A stretch of DNA of 64,000 nt from a bacterium (GCA_049700315.1 JBNAVN010000002.1:22002-86001); one strand, 5' to 3'; counted from the stretch's first letter, positions 1 to 10,149 are shown. Numbers and translations are program-made. The notes: generated by a model not told the origin, from the letters alone.

Positions 1-324
1 AAAACCAATTGCGTAATTAAAACCTATACCCCATTCTTTGTTGCTGTCCAATTGCCTTGCGATATAATCAAGCCCGGATTCTACAAAAGGTGATACACGC
101 CAATTTGATTTTTTGATCAAGATGCTCAAGCCGTAATTGCTGAATGAATAACCAAGATTTTTTCCGTGATAATAAGAACCACTGAATGCAATACTGATAT
201 TCTGCTTACCAGCGATGGCTTTAAAAATAACACCACTTTGCAGATCATAATCAAGACCGATCATTGGCTGATTCATTCCCGCTTCAATGCCAAGATATAT
301 TCCTACAAGATACAAAATTATCAT
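1..324 (-). CDS. partial outer-membrane beta-barrel-like protein (N-terminal part; ORF runs off window start)
   Basis: Minus-strand frame open from ATG at 324-322 to position 1. Translation MIILYLVGIYLGIEAGMNQPMIGLDYDLQSG...GIGFNYAIGF shows alternating aromatic/hydrophobic beta-strand pattern. Absent from ORF track because no stop lies in the window. Confidence 0.35.
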   Translation of the reverse strand, partial: MIILYLVGIYLGIEAGMNQPMIGLDYDLQSGVIFKAIAGKQNISIAFSGSYYHGKNLGYSFSNYGLSILIKKSNWRVSPFVESGLDYIARQLDSNKEWGIGFNYAIGF

Positions 325-540
325 ACTAAATAATAATCAAAAAAAATAAAAAGTCAACTATGCACTGCACAGAATCTTTTCCACTCTGATAGAAAAGGTA
401 TTCTTGATACCATTAGTTATGATTGTTTGATTTCCAAAATTAAGACAAAATATTGAAAAACCTCTGGTTAAATGTGTTGGTATGGGTTATCAATGCCCCA
501 AATTTTGTCATATCCGCACAATTTTTGTGCATTAAATACA

Positions 541-568
541 AAAAACTCCTGTAATTTCAGGAGTTTTT
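541..568. terminator. perfect hairpin aaaaactcctg-taattt-caggagttttt flanked by A-run and T-run (bidirectional terminator-like)
   Basis: 8-bp stem aactcctg/caggagtt with 6-nt loop; T5 follows on plus strand and T5 on minus strand (A5 at 541-545). Confidence 0.45.
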
Positions 569-609
569 ACTGGCATAGGATTTGCATATGAATATGATAG
601 AGGTGTCAA

Positions 610-1380
610 ATGAAAAGAATCAAAAATATCTTTCAAATAATCCTGGTCTCAACCGGACTGTTGCTTTCACCTTGCTGTTATGAAGAAGCAGATCTTGAGC
701 CACCGGCTGTACCCAGGGGATTAATATCTATCACCGGAGACGAGGAAGTGATGCTTACCTGGTATCATAACAATGAACCGGATCTTGCCGGATACAGAGT
801 CTATCGTGGGCCTGCACCTGAAGGACCATACTATCTTATTGGCGAGACCAATCTTGATTATTTCCTTGATTGTGGATTAATGAATGGACAAACTTACTTT
901 TATGCAATATCAGCATTTGATGTGAATAATAATGAAAGCGAACTTTCCTATGAAATGGTCTATGATACACCCAGGCCTGAAGGATTCAATGAAAAAATCT
1001 TTGACTACACTGAATATCCAACATATGCCGGCTGGGATTTCAGCACCTATTCTGTTGTTCCTTACAATCATGCATACTGTGATTTCTATTTTGGTTATGA
1101 CGAATATGCAGAATCATATTTCTTCTTCATTCGCAAACCAGGTGGTCTTATCCAGGATATGGGCTACACTTCTTCATTTGATGAAATTGGGTACGCACCA
1201 CAGGAAGGCTGGTCGCCAACTGGAATTGTTGAGGCAATTGATGGTCATACCTATGTTATCTGGACCTGGGATAACCATTTTGCAAAAATCAGGGTTGCTT
1301 CAATAAAATCAGGTTATGTCATTTTTGACTGGGCATACCAGGTTGACCCGGGCAACCCAGAACTTGTGAGGAAAAAATGA
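610..1380 (+). CDS. secreted/lipoprotein with fibronectin type III-like domain
   Basis: Signal peptide followed by Cys (LLSPCC). FN3-like stretch LTWYHNNEPDLAGYRVYRG...GQTYFYAISAFDVNNNES. SD gaggtg upstream. Confidence 0.6.
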   Translation: MKRIKNIFQIILVSTGLLLSPCCYEEADLEPPAVPRGLISITGDEEVMLTWYHNNEPDLAGYRVYRGPAPEGPYYLIGETNLDYFLDCGLMNGQTYFYAISAFDVNNNESELSYEMVYDTPRPEGFNEKIFDYTEYPTYAGWDFSTYSVVPYNHAYCDFYFGYDEYAESYFFFIRKPGGLIQDMGYTSSFDEIGYAPQEGWSPTGIVEAIDGHTYVIWTWDNHFAKIRVASIKSGYVIFDWAYQVDPGNPELVRKK

Positions 1381-1454
1381 AAAACAATCAGCGCGAACCC
1401 GCTTTGCAATCCAGGTCTGTCTGCGTTTTGCAAAGCAAAACAAAGGAGGTTAAA

Positions 1455-2447
1455 ATGAAGCGCTATTTATTATTGCTTTTGGCAGCAATCCCACTCTTTG
1501 CCTACAGCGCGAGTTTTGTTTATTGTGATTATGACAGCGATCCATACGATGGGTGGTATGATGAGTACTGGGGTCCTGACCCTGAATACTATTGCGATGG
1601 TTACTGGATCTATTATCCACACGGTTATTACTGCGTGTACTATGTCTGGTATCATCCCTGGTGGTGGGATTGGTATTGGTGGCATTGTCACTGGTGCCAC
1701 CACTTTGACTGGCACTTTTTCCGTGCCGGATTCTATGTGGTCTGGTATGAAGATGGCTGCTGGTGGTGGAGGCCAAGGTACGGTAGGGTTGTCAGATACA
1801 AGCTTCCCTATGCGTATAATGAATTCAGACATAAGGCAAGGTCTTATGGAGTAGATCTTCCTGACAAACCACCAAGACAGGTCAATGTTCCGTATAATGA
1901 GAAGGAAATCCAGCGACTCACAAAAGAAAAAGACCCTGACCTTTATGCCCGGATAGAAAAAGAGCACAAATCAGGAAACCTGGAAAGGATGAAAAGAGAA
2001 TATGAAACAAAAGTCAAAAAAGAGATCGTAGCAAAAAATGAGGAATACAGAAAGACAACAGGCAAAAACCCTGCTGATGAAAAATATGGAACTAAGAAAA
2101 ATGAATCAAACAAGATAATTCAGAGAAAGACAGATGAATCGTACAACCAGGAAAAATCTGAAGATAATAATACAAGAATAATTAGAAGAACAAAGGATAC
2201 ATCTGATGATCAGAATACCAGGACAATAAGAAGACCAGATAGTGAATATGACGACACTGAACAGGATAATCATAATTATATAAGAAGGAATACAACAAAT
2301 CCGCGCAACTCCGAATCACCTGAATCAAACGAAGAGTATGAACAACCAAAAAACCCAAAGACTCCCATAAGAAATCTACCACCTCCAGGCCGAGAAGAAG
2401 AGAAGAGAAAAGTCAAAGATCCTCCTACCCAGAAATCAAGGAGATAA
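1455..2447 (+). CDS. secreted bipartite low-complexity protein: W/Y/H/C/D-rich N-terminal block plus K/E/R/N-rich tail
   Basis: Start placed at the internal ATG preceded by aaggagg (the ORF track starts at 1377). Signal peptide MKRYLLLLLAAIPLFAYSASF. Region YCDYDSDPYDGWYDEYWGP...YHPWWWDWYWWHCHWCHHFDWHFF. C-terminal half is Lys/Glu/Arg/Asn-rich with repeated TRIIRR/TRTIRR units. Confidence 0.6.
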   Translation: MKRYLLLLLAAIPLFAYSASFVYCDYDSDPYDGWYDEYWGPDPEYYCDGYWIYYPHGYYCVYYVWYHPWWWDWYWWHCHWCHHFDWHFFRAGFYVVWYEDGCWWWRPRYGRVVRYKLPYAYNEFRHKARSYGVDLPDKPPRQVNVPYNEKEIQRLTKEKDPDLYARIEKEHKSGNLERMKREYETKVKKEIVAKNEEYRKTTGKNPADEKYGTKKNESNKIIQRKTDESYNQEKSEDNNTRIIRRTKDTSDDQNTRTIRRPDSEYDDTEQDNHNYIRRNTTNPRNSESPESNEEYEQPKNPKTPIRNLPPPGREEEKRKVKDPPTQKSRR

Positions 2448-2449
2448 AA

Positions 2450-3097
2450 ATGTTTCCCCCCATATTCATACTCATAATAGGTCTGAATACCCAGATAGAT
2501 AGTATTCAATCACCAGATACTCCAATTGACATTGAAATGTGGTTGAACAAAGAAGAACCTGCATATATTCCAGGAGAACGGTTAAAGGTCTTCTTCAGAA
2601 CCGACAAAGACTGTTTTGTAGCAGTCTTCAACATTGATGTTGGGGGAAGGGAAAACCTTCTCTTCCCCCAACAAGGGGATAATGGCTTTGTCCAGGCAAA
2701 TAGAGTATATGAATTACCATCTCCTGAGGCAGATTATGAATATGAGATCACCGGTCCTGAAGGAACCGAGAGAATCATCATCCTGGCTTCAACAAAAGAA
2801 CTTCCTGACCTGGATGATATTGAATCAATATCAAAAAAAGAAATAGAGATATCAATTGAAGAACCTGAACCTGCAAAATTGCGAATAATATCAACGCCCT
2901 CAGAATGCCGAATATATATCAAAGAAGTAGTATCAGGTGAAAGGATCTATGTTGGCAAGAGTCCGCATACAATCGTTTTAAGACCTGGTGAATACATAAT
3001 TGAAATCAAAAAACTTGGTTATCAGACAATCAAAAGGAGAATCTTCCTTGAACCGAATGAGAAAAGAAGGGTCTATGTCAGTCTATTACCATGGTAA
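2450..3097 (+). CDS. DUF4384-like plus PEGA domain protein
   Basis: CFVAVFNIDVGGRENLLFPQ is DUF4384-like. C-terminal LRIISTPSECRIYIKEV...LRPGEYIIEIKKLGYQTIKRRIFLEPNEKRRVYV matches the PEGA domain pattern. Confidence 0.5.
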   Translation: MFPPIFILIIGLNTQIDSIQSPDTPIDIEMWLNKEEPAYIPGERLKVFFRTDKDCFVAVFNIDVGGRENLLFPQQGDNGFVQANRVYELPSPEADYEYEITGPEGTERIIILASTKELPDLDDIESISKKEIEISIEEPEPAKLRIISTPSECRIYIKEVVSGERIYVGKSPHTIVLRPGEYIIEIKKLGYQTIKRRIFLEPNEKRRVYVSLLPW

Positions 3098-3139
3098 GCT
3101 TGACAATGATGGAAAATCAAATATAATTAAGGAGCGAAA

Positions 3140-3490
3140 ATGAATAGAATTATTCTAACAATCATATTCATACTCAGTAGCCTGTGGGCAATTCAACCCG
3201 TACCAAAAACTGAAAAAACAAGTACCGATACAAAACCCGGTATAGAGACCGAAGTTCAAGGTAACGAAAGTGAAAACACTGAGCAGAAAAAGACCATAAT
3301 ACACAAGACCTCTTCAAGCAAAAATGACCAGTTTGTTGATGTAGATTCAAACAATGTGAATGACCAGCGTGAAGATGATCTACTCAGGATTAAACAATTG
3401 AAAACAAAATTTAAGGATCTATTCAAAAAAGAAAACAAAGAAACAGAATCCCGAAGCCCTTCAAAACAGAACAAACGGACTAAAAAGTAA
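3140..3490 (+). CDS. small secreted low-complexity (K/T/E/N-rich) protein
   Basis: Signal peptide MNRIILTIIFILSSLWA; SD aaggagcg; otherwise compositionally biased. Confidence 0.4.
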   Translation: MNRIILTIIFILSSLWAIQPVPKTEKTSTDTKPGIETEVQGNESENTEQKKTIIHKTSSSKNDQFVDVDSNNVNDQREDDLLRIKQLKTKFKDLFKKENKETESRSPSKQNKRTKK

Positions 3491-4157
3491 TTGCTTTATA
3501 TTCTTTCAGTATTATTTTGTTTTTACCTGACGAATCCATATATTTGACAAACCGGTGAGGATATTCTTTTTCAATATAAAAATAAAATTTCATTTTTGTA
3601 AATATGACCCTTGGTATCATCATTATTTTCCAGCAATCAAATGAACCTGCTGGGGCATAAACACTATCCTCACCTATCAATTCCAAATCAGCATTGATAA
3701 TCATAAATTCAGGCACATTTAATCTAATTCTTTTTTTGAAATCCTTATGGTACGAAAAACCTCTCAATACAAAATCCAGGGTATGACGATCATAGACTGG
3801 TTCTACTTCTCTGTAATAATTCTTTCTGCCCTGATAATTCACCTCAAAGATATGATTTCTCTTAACGTTCAATTCCCACCGTGAACCAATTATTTTATTC
3901 AGATAAAGCGTCTGGAGATTAATAGTATCAAGAATCGCATCAATGGTACGGTCCGATGTGTAACGAATGTGATAACCAGTTGTATCCTTTACAGAAACTA
4001 CTTCAATCTGGCCGATCTTACCCCTATCATTGGTTTCGTATACAATATGTTCACTATCAGGCAATATGGGTCCACCAGAAACCATATGAAAATGATACAG
4101 AAAAAGAATGCAATAGAGGGAAAAAGGTATTCTGCGAATATTTATCATATTGAACAA
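3480..4157 (-). CDS. hypothetical secreted protein
   Basis: 225-aa ORF with N-terminal hydrophobic segment; no recognisable catalytic motif. Confidence 0.45.
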   Translation of the reverse strand: MFNMINIRRIPFSLYCILFLYHFHMVSGGPILPDSEHIVYETNDRGKIGQIEVVSVKDTTGYHIRYTSDRTIDAILDTINLQTLYLNKIIGSRWELNVKRNHIFEVNYQGRKNYYREVEPVYDRHTLDFVLRGFSYHKDFKKRIRLNVPEFMIINADLELIGEDSVYAPAGSFDCWKIMMIPRVIFTKMKFYFYIEKEYPHRFVKYMDSSGKNKIILKEYKAITF

Positions 4158-4196
4158 TCAAGAAAAGTTTTTCTTATCAAAGTGTGATTTGGATAG

Positions 4197-4892
4197 TTAT
4201 GATAACGAATCTTTATTAGCAAGATTATCTACAATTTCAAGCAATTGGATTATATCATTTATCTCATAATCCGCACCTGAGTTCTCAGTACCAAAAGTAT
4301 CACCATACCGGGCAAAAACTGTTTTCATACCAAGGGTCTTTGCTCCCACAATGTCCCTTTCTGCCCAATCACCAACCATCATTGCCTCTTCTGGTCTCAT
4401 CTTCATTTTATCAAGGGTAATCTTAAAAGGTGCAGAATCAGGTTTTCGTTTATAGGTATCCTCAAAGGTCACAACTACATCAAAAAGGTGATGCAAATTC
4501 AATTGGCACAATCTCAACCAGGCTTGTAATTTGGGTGCATCGGTTACAACTGCAAGTTTCATACCTCTTTTTATCAACTCAATAAGGGTGATATAAACAT
4601 GTGGATAAAGCACCAGGGTTGCCTCTCGTGCCCGGCGATAGCCAACAATGCCGGCAGCGTGTATGCGCGAATCAATATAGCCAAACTCACGCGTCAGGAA
4701 TTTATCAAAGACAGTTTGATCTTCAATGCCGACCTCTCTATATATTTCAAAAATTTTCTGTTTTGCAGTATTTCTGTCCATTTTCAAACCCGCATCAATC
4801 ATTGCGCTGACTGCTGAATCAACCGCGGATTCCTTCATTGCCATAAAATCAACCAGAGTATTATCCAGGTCAAAAATTATTCCTTTTATCAT
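4197..4892 (-). CDS. HAD-superfamily hydrolase (phosphatase)
   Basis: Motif I IIFDLDNTLVDF (DxDxT). Motif IV GDWAERDIVGA near C-terminus. Start moved to MIKGIIFDLD. Confidence 0.75.
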   Translation of the reverse strand: MIKGIIFDLDNTLVDFMAMKESAVDSAVSAMIDAGLKMDRNTAKQKIFEIYREVGIEDQTVFDKFLTREFGYIDSRIHAAGIVGYRRAREATLVLYPHVYITLIELIKRGMKLAVVTDAPKLQAWLRLCQLNLHHLFDVVVTFEDTYKRKPDSAPFKITLDKMKMRPEEAMMVGDWAERDIVGAKTLGMKTVFARYGDTFGTENSGADYEINDIIQLLEIVDNLANKDSLS

Positions 4893-4982
4893 ATGCTGGT
4901 TTGGAGCCTGAGAAAAACCTCCCATTGTATCCCTTTTCCACAAGGGAAAAGGGAATTTTGTGAAAAACTAATCCTTTCTCTA

Positions 4983-5993
4983 TCATAGATTTGCCCTCAA
5001 TATCTTCGCAGATTTTTCCGGACCATATCTGTTGATATAAAAGCCTGTACCAAGTTCAAAGCCAGTGGTCCTGTAAGTGCGGGGAATGATTTCAATATGC
5101 CAGTGAAAATCATGTTCAATTGTCTTCCAGTAATCAGGCCGGGGCAAGAGATTAGGGCTATCTGTAAGCACGAGATTATAAGGTGGATCACCAAACCCGG
5201 CACGAATAGCAGAACCGATCTTTTTCAAAACATAGGCAAGGTCATTCATTTCAATTTTGTCAATCAGTTTGTAAGAGAATGCATGGGACTTGGGTATGAT
5301 CATAACCTCGCCAGGGAACCTTGAGGCATAAGGAGCAAATACAACAAACTTTTCGGTCTGGAAGACAAGCCTCTCGCCCATTTCAATCTCCTGCTGAACA
5401 ATATCGCAAAAAAGGCAACGTTCTTTGTATCGGTAATATTCGTATGCCCCATTTAGTTTTTGTTTTACACGATTCGGTGTTGCAGGCAGGGCAATTAGAT
5501 CTGAATGGATATGACTGATTGTGGAAGAACCGGCAAGCCGTCCATAATTTTTGAAGATTAAGACATACCTAATCCTTTTATCTTTATGCAAATCCTCAAT
5601 CCGGAACCGATATGTATCAAGGACAAGAACAACCTGTTCCTGCGTCAGGTCAGCCATATTTGTGATATGTTGTGGCGATTCAATAATTACCTCATTAGCA
5701 CCTGTACCAGTAACCATATCATATACGCCAACCCCGAATTTCTCCAATTCACCTTCAACTCTCAGAATTGGATGGATATTGGGAACCACTCTGACCTTCC
5801 ATCCAGGACCATTGGGCTGAGATCCGTCTCTGATCGCGTAGATTTCCTTTGGTGTTTTTGATTCATTCCCCTCACAGAACGGACAAGGACTATCTGCAAC
5901 AGGAATTTCAGCAGAAACTTTTGGTATCTCCTCATTATCAGTATCAATGATTACCCAGGTATCAGTTACAATATCCCTTCTTACTTCAGACAT
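4983..5993 (-). CDS. galactose-1-phosphate uridylyltransferase family (GalT/HIT-like nucleotidyltransferase)
   Basis: CPFCEGNE zinc motif and HIHSDLIALP histidine motif. Length 336 aa. Perfect SD aggagg upstream. Confidence 0.6.
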   Translation of the reverse strand: MSEVRRDIVTDTWVIIDTDNEEIPKVSAEIPVADSPCPFCEGNESKTPKEIYAIRDGSQPNGPGWKVRVVPNIHPILRVEGELEKFGVGVYDMVTGTGANEVIIESPQHITNMADLTQEQVVLVLDTYRFRIEDLHKDKRIRYVLIFKNYGRLAGSSTISHIHSDLIALPATPNRVKQKLNGAYEYYRYKERCLFCDIVQQEIEMGERLVFQTEKFVVFAPYASRFPGEVMIIPKSHAFSYKLIDKIEMNDLAYVLKKIGSAIRAGFGDPPYNLVLTDSPNLLPRPDYWKTIEHDFHWHIEIIPRTYRTTGFELGTGFYINRYGPEKSAKILRANL

Positions 5994-6018
5994 TTAACCT
6001 CCTCTAATACATCAAATT

Positions 6019-6039
6019 CCTCTCCCCTCACGGGAGAGG
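6019..6039. other. GC-rich hairpin cctctccc-ctcac-gggagagg between glmS 3' end and galT-like start
   Basis: 8-bp perfect stem with 5-nt loop, seen directly; no strong U-tract. Confidence 0.3.
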
Positions 6040-6200
6040 ATAATCTATTAGATTTCATAAGATTTTCGTGAACCATAAGCCCGTCCCGGTGATATAAAAA
6101 CGGTTTCAAGATGGCTTTTACTGGTTCATTAGATTCGGTTGTCTTTATCTTCTTTGCAATTCCCAATTGCCTTTTTATCAAATGGTGTAGTTTTATTTGA

Positions 6201-8027
6201 CTATTCAACCGTCACACTCTTTGCGAGATTTCTTGGACGGTCAACATCAAGACCCTTAAATGTTGCAATAAAATAGGCGAGTAATTGCAATGGAATGACC
6301 GCAAGAATTGGTGAAACAAACTCACTGCATTCGGGTATTTCAATTACATATTCGCTGATAGAACTCGTTGCCTGATCACCCTCGGTTACCACACTGATAA
6401 CCTGACCTCTGCGGGCAACAACTTCCTGTATATTGTTCAACATCTTCTCATAGACACTTGATTTTGGATTGATACATACTACCGGCATATGTTCATCAAT
6501 CAAAGCAATCGGTCCGTGTTTCATTTCACCTGCTGCATAACCAGTAGCATGAATATAAGAAATTTCCTTTAATTTCAATGCACCTTCAAGTGCAGTAGGA
6601 TAGTTTAAACCCCTGCCCAAAAACAAAAAATCCCTTGAATTATAAAATTGTAGAGCAATTTTTCTGATTTCTTCCTGTTTATTCAATATTGTCTCTATTT
6701 GTCCAGGGATTTTTCTTATCTCATTAAGATGATACAGCAAATCATCTTTCCGCACAAACCCCCTGAGCATTCCAAGATAAAGGCTATATAAATACAGATT
6801 CAAAATTTCTGCCGTGTATGCTTTTGTGGAAGCAACACCGATTTCTGGCCCCGCCATAATGGAAATTGCGCCATCTGATTCTTTATAAATACTTGAATGC
6901 TGAACATTTACTAAAGAAAGAACTCTTAAGAATTTTGCCTTTGCCTCTCTCAAGCCGGCAATCGTATCTGCAGTTTCTCCGGATTGGCTGATTGCCATTA
7001 CCATTGTATCACCATCCAGAACCATATCCCGATAACGGAATTCACTGGATATATCAACCTCCGTGCTGATACGGGCAAATCTTTCAATCAGATACTTACC
7101 GACAACTCCTGCGTGCCAGGAGGTTCCACATGCCTGAATATATATTCGCGAAATCTTTAAAAAATCTTTATCTGAGAAGTGTATTTCCGGACCAAGGTCA
7201 ATGTGGTTGTCAACAATACGTTCTTGAATAATCTGAGAAAGGATACGGGGCTGTTCATATATTTCTTTTAGCATAAAATGGGGAAAGTTGGCTTTTTCAA
7301 TATCCTTGACCTTAATCGTAACTTTTCTTGGTTGAATCACGATTTCATCACCTTTGAAATCTTTGATAGCATAATTTTTCGGTGATATCACTGCAACTGT
7401 ATCATTGGGCAGGTCAATTATTTTATCAAATATCGCAATAACGCCGGAAACATCACTTGCCAGGGCTGCTTCATTATCATTGATACTCAAAACCAGCGGT
7501 GCATCATGCCGTGCACACACAATGTGGTCTGGGTCTTTTGTACATATCACGGCAAAGGCGAAATTTCCTCTAAGCTTAGCAACAGTCTCAAGCACTGCAT
7601 CAAATAAACCGGTTTTTAGATTTTCTTCAATGAGATGAACGATTACTTCAGAATCTGTATAGGAACGGAATAAATGACCCCTTGCTTCCAGTTCATCTTT
7701 TAGTAAATGATAATTTTCTATGATTCCATTCACGACCAGGGCAAGTTCTTCATTGCAGTCAATAAGGGGATGGGTGTTTTCTTCATGAGGACCACCATGG
7801 GTTGCCCAGCGCGTGTGGCCAATACCAATATTACCACTTACCGGCGCTCTTTTCAACAATTCCTGCAGTTCGCTTAACTTGCCAGGAACTTTCCGAATTA
7901 ACAACTCTTCGTTATTAATGACCGCAATACCACTTGAATCATAACCCCGATATTCAAGTCGCCATAATCCACCCAATAGCACACTTGTAATATCGCGCGG
8001 ACCTATGTATCCTACAATCCCACACAT
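6201..8027 (-). CDS. glmS: glutamine--fructose-6-phosphate aminotransferase (isomerizing)
   Basis: N-terminal MCGIVGYIG (Ntn Cys2). Two SIS domains. C-terminal ...KSVTVE. 608 aa. Confidence 0.95.
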   Translation of the reverse strand: MCGIVGYIGPRDITSVLLGGLWRLEYRGYDSSGIAVINNEELLIRKVPGKLSELQELLKRAPVSGNIGIGHTRWATHGGPHEENTHPLIDCNEELALVVNGIIENYHLLKDELEARGHLFRSYTDSEVIVHLIEENLKTGLFDAVLETVAKLRGNFAFAVICTKDPDHIVCARHDAPLVLSINDNEAALASDVSGVIAIFDKIIDLPNDTVAVISPKNYAIKDFKGDEIVIQPRKVTIKVKDIEKANFPHFMLKEIYEQPRILSQIIQERIVDNHIDLGPEIHFSDKDFLKISRIYIQACGTSWHAGVVGKYLIERFARISTEVDISSEFRYRDMVLDGDTMVMAISQSGETADTIAGLREAKAKFLRVLSLVNVQHSSIYKESDGAISIMAGPEIGVASTKAYTAEILNLYLYSLYLGMLRGFVRKDDLLYHLNEIRKIPGQIETILNKQEEIRKIALQFYNSRDFLFLGRGLNYPTALEGALKLKEISYIHATGYAAGEMKHGPIALIDEHMPVVCINPKSSVYEKMLNNIQEVVARRGQVISVVTEGDQATSSISEYVIEIPECSEFVSPILAVIPLQLLAYFIATFKGLDVDRPRNLAKSVTVE

Positions 8028-8105
8028 TGTATTTAATTATATAAAAATTGAGAAGAATGTCAAGATTGGTATTTTCTCAAAAAAATGAAGAGAGAAATAT
8101 TCAAT

Positions 8106-10121
8106 TCACTGAATTGCAATATATTTCATCACTCTGCCGAATTCCTGTCCTGTTACCTCAACGAGTCTTATACCACCCAGGAATTCAAGAAAACCTCCAA
8201 TGTCTAAGTTCAGAAGATGGTCTTCTATCTGCAATTCCACAGGCAAATCATAAAAGAACGCACCGCTACCCAGGGCATCTTCAAACCGGGAAATGTTTTC
8301 TGCAATTACCTTTCTTATTGATTCTTTCTTAGGAGATGGAAATCTATTATCAGACATCTGAAATCCCTGGAGTGTCAAAATCTTTCCTTCAATATCAATT
8401 GCATCAATGCCCTCTTCACACAATGCCTCAGCAACGATAAATCCATAAAGTGAACCAAAAAGATGAAACAGATGCGTACTCTTACCATCATAAAAGAAAG
8501 GAAATTCTGCGGGTTGTAGTTCTGCGAAAAACTTGTTCTTTAATACCGCAGAAAGTAGATAATTGTAGTTGCCTGCACCCTTGCCCTCAAAAATCTTTGA
8601 AAACTCTGGTCCCTCACCAATAAACCGTGCATAAACTTTTTTCTCCTTTTCCATAACCTGAACCTTTTCCCAGCACTTACCACCGAGGATGAATTTTTCA
8701 AGCAGATAATAAATCCTGCCAATCATTATCCCGGTGCTAATATCAAAAACAGCATACTCCCCAAAGGACTTTTCTGCAATATTGGAATGAATCTTACCGT
8801 AGGCAATTTTGCTTTCCAATTTGTCACTCAGATAATAGATACCACGCCGTTGTTCCTTGATAATTCCATCATTGAACAATTTTTTGAAAACATTTTTGAC
8901 TACTTCGTCAGAATAGATTTCGTTGAATATCTGAAAAATACTCCTTAAAGTTGTTCCAATCCTGCGCCTTTGATAAAGATAGGAATAAATCTGCTGTGGA
9001 ATTACTGACAGCAGAGGTTGATATTCCTTTTGGTATAGTTCACCTTTGCGTGCACAATCAAAAAATGTATCAAAAAGATTTTTTTCCCAGTTGTTTGAAT
9101 AAACACCGATCGCAAAGAGTTTGTCAGTTCTGCGATTACCACGACCGGTTCGTTGTAGCAAAGAAGAAATACTATGTGGAGGTCGGTAGAGTACAATACC
9201 ATCAACATCCCCAATATCAATACCAAGTTCCAGAGTTGAAGTTGCCAGAAGTATTGCCCGGTCAGACTGATTCATTATCTTCTCCACTTCTTCCCTTTTT
9301 ATCCTGGGCAAACTCGCATGATGAACAAATACTTTGCCTTCAAATGGAGGTCTGTTAAATTTCTGTGAAAAACTCTCGGCAAAACTTCGGGCATTAAAAA
9401 ATGCGAGAATCTTTTTGAGTTTGTAGACCTGGGCAATTTTGAAGATTGCATTTGCAAATTCATTTGTTGGAATCAAAATATATTCAATCTCCCTTGGTGA
9501 TCTTAGGAAACAAACCTTCGGATTATCAAAATACCTTTCACCTATTTTCAAATCATCAATTGTTGCAGAAAGAGCACAATACTGGATTTTAGTGTCCCTG
9601 TTCTGAAATATCTTTCTCAAGCGAATTAGCAAAATCCTTAACTGGTCACCCCTCGGTGTATTATCAAGAAGATGGATCTCATCCAGAATAATTGCTGATA
9701 ACTGCAAAAAAATCTGGGGTTGTCTGGTGAGCATTGAATCAAAAGACTCCGGTGTAGTCAACAAGATATTTGGCAGTCTGTTTTTATCAATACCTGGGTG
9801 GTCGCCGGTTTTTCTGCCCAAGGTTAAACTCAATGCATTAATTGGTTCTTCAAGTCGACGGAATAGATCATTGACCAGTGCACGGGTTGGTGTAATATAT
9901 ACGACCTTCAGCCCTTTGCTCTGCTCCTTGAGCAAATTCTCAAGGACTGGTGCAATAACTGCCTCAGTCTTACCTGTTGCAGCAGGTGAAATAACAACAA
10001 CATTTTCTTTGTTAAGAATATGAGGAATCGTCAGTTCCTGGATCGGCGTGAAACTTCCGAATCTGCTAAAGAGCGGATTCCAGGTGCGCGGGAGCAAGTC
10101 TTTTATCTGTTGAGACTCCAT
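8106..10121 (-). CDS. DEAD/DEAH-box (Lhr-like) ATP-dependent helicase
   Basis: Walker A PAATGKTEA; DEIH box (ILDEIHLL); SAT-like ALSAT; helicase C region LLATSTLELGIDIGDVD. Confidence 0.7.
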   Translation of the reverse strand: MESQQIKDLLPRTWNPLFSRFGSFTPIQELTIPHILNKENVVVISPAATGKTEAVIAPVLENLLKEQSKGLKVVYITPTRALVNDLFRRLEEPINALSLTLGRKTGDHPGIDKNRLPNILLTTPESFDSMLTRQPQIFLQLSAIILDEIHLLDNTPRGDQLRILLIRLRKIFQNRDTKIQYCALSATIDDLKIGERYFDNPKVCFLRSPREIEYILIPTNEFANAIFKIAQVYKLKKILAFFNARSFAESFSQKFNRPPFEGKVFVHHASLPRIKREEVEKIMNQSDRAILLATSTLELGIDIGDVDGIVLYRPPHSISSLLQRTGRGNRRTDKLFAIGVYSNNWEKNLFDTFFDCARKGELYQKEYQPLLSVIPQQIYSYLYQRRRIGTTLRSIFQIFNEIYSDEVVKNVFKKLFNDGIIKEQRRGIYYLSDKLESKIAYGKIHSNIAEKSFGEYAVFDISTGIMIGRIYYLLEKFILGGKCWEKVQVMEKEKKVYARFIGEGPEFSKIFEGKGAGNYNYLLSAVLKNKFFAELQPAEFPFFYDGKSTHLFHLFGSLYGFIVAEALCEEGIDAIDIEGKILTLQGFQMSDNRFPSPKKESIRKVIAENISRFEDALGSGAFFYDLPVELQIEDHLLNLDIGGFLEFLGGIRLVEVTGQEFGRVMKYIAIQ

Positions 10122-10149
10122 TATTTGCCGTTTACGACGATAGAATATG

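Noticed and set aside
932-1967. ORF-track entries 932..1306(+), 1450..1776(-), 1470..1967(-), 1498..1854(+) overlapping the two secreted-protein genes
   Set aside because: Alternative-frame or antisense ORFs inside well-supported genes; products are low-complexity reflections of the W/Y/G-rich coding frame (e.g. PPPGMIPD..., GGGIGIGG...).
5981-6208. 75-aa minus-strand ORF in the glmS/galT intergenic region
   Set aside because: It overlaps the glmS stop and spans a GC-rich hairpin, with no SD or recognisable motif; more likely non-coding 3' UTR or a regulatory hairpin.
8028-8105. Possible glmS ribozyme upstream of glmS
   Set aside because: Only 78 nt separate glmS from the helicase gene and no conserved glmS ribozyme core pattern is apparent; too short for the roughly 170-nt ribozyme.
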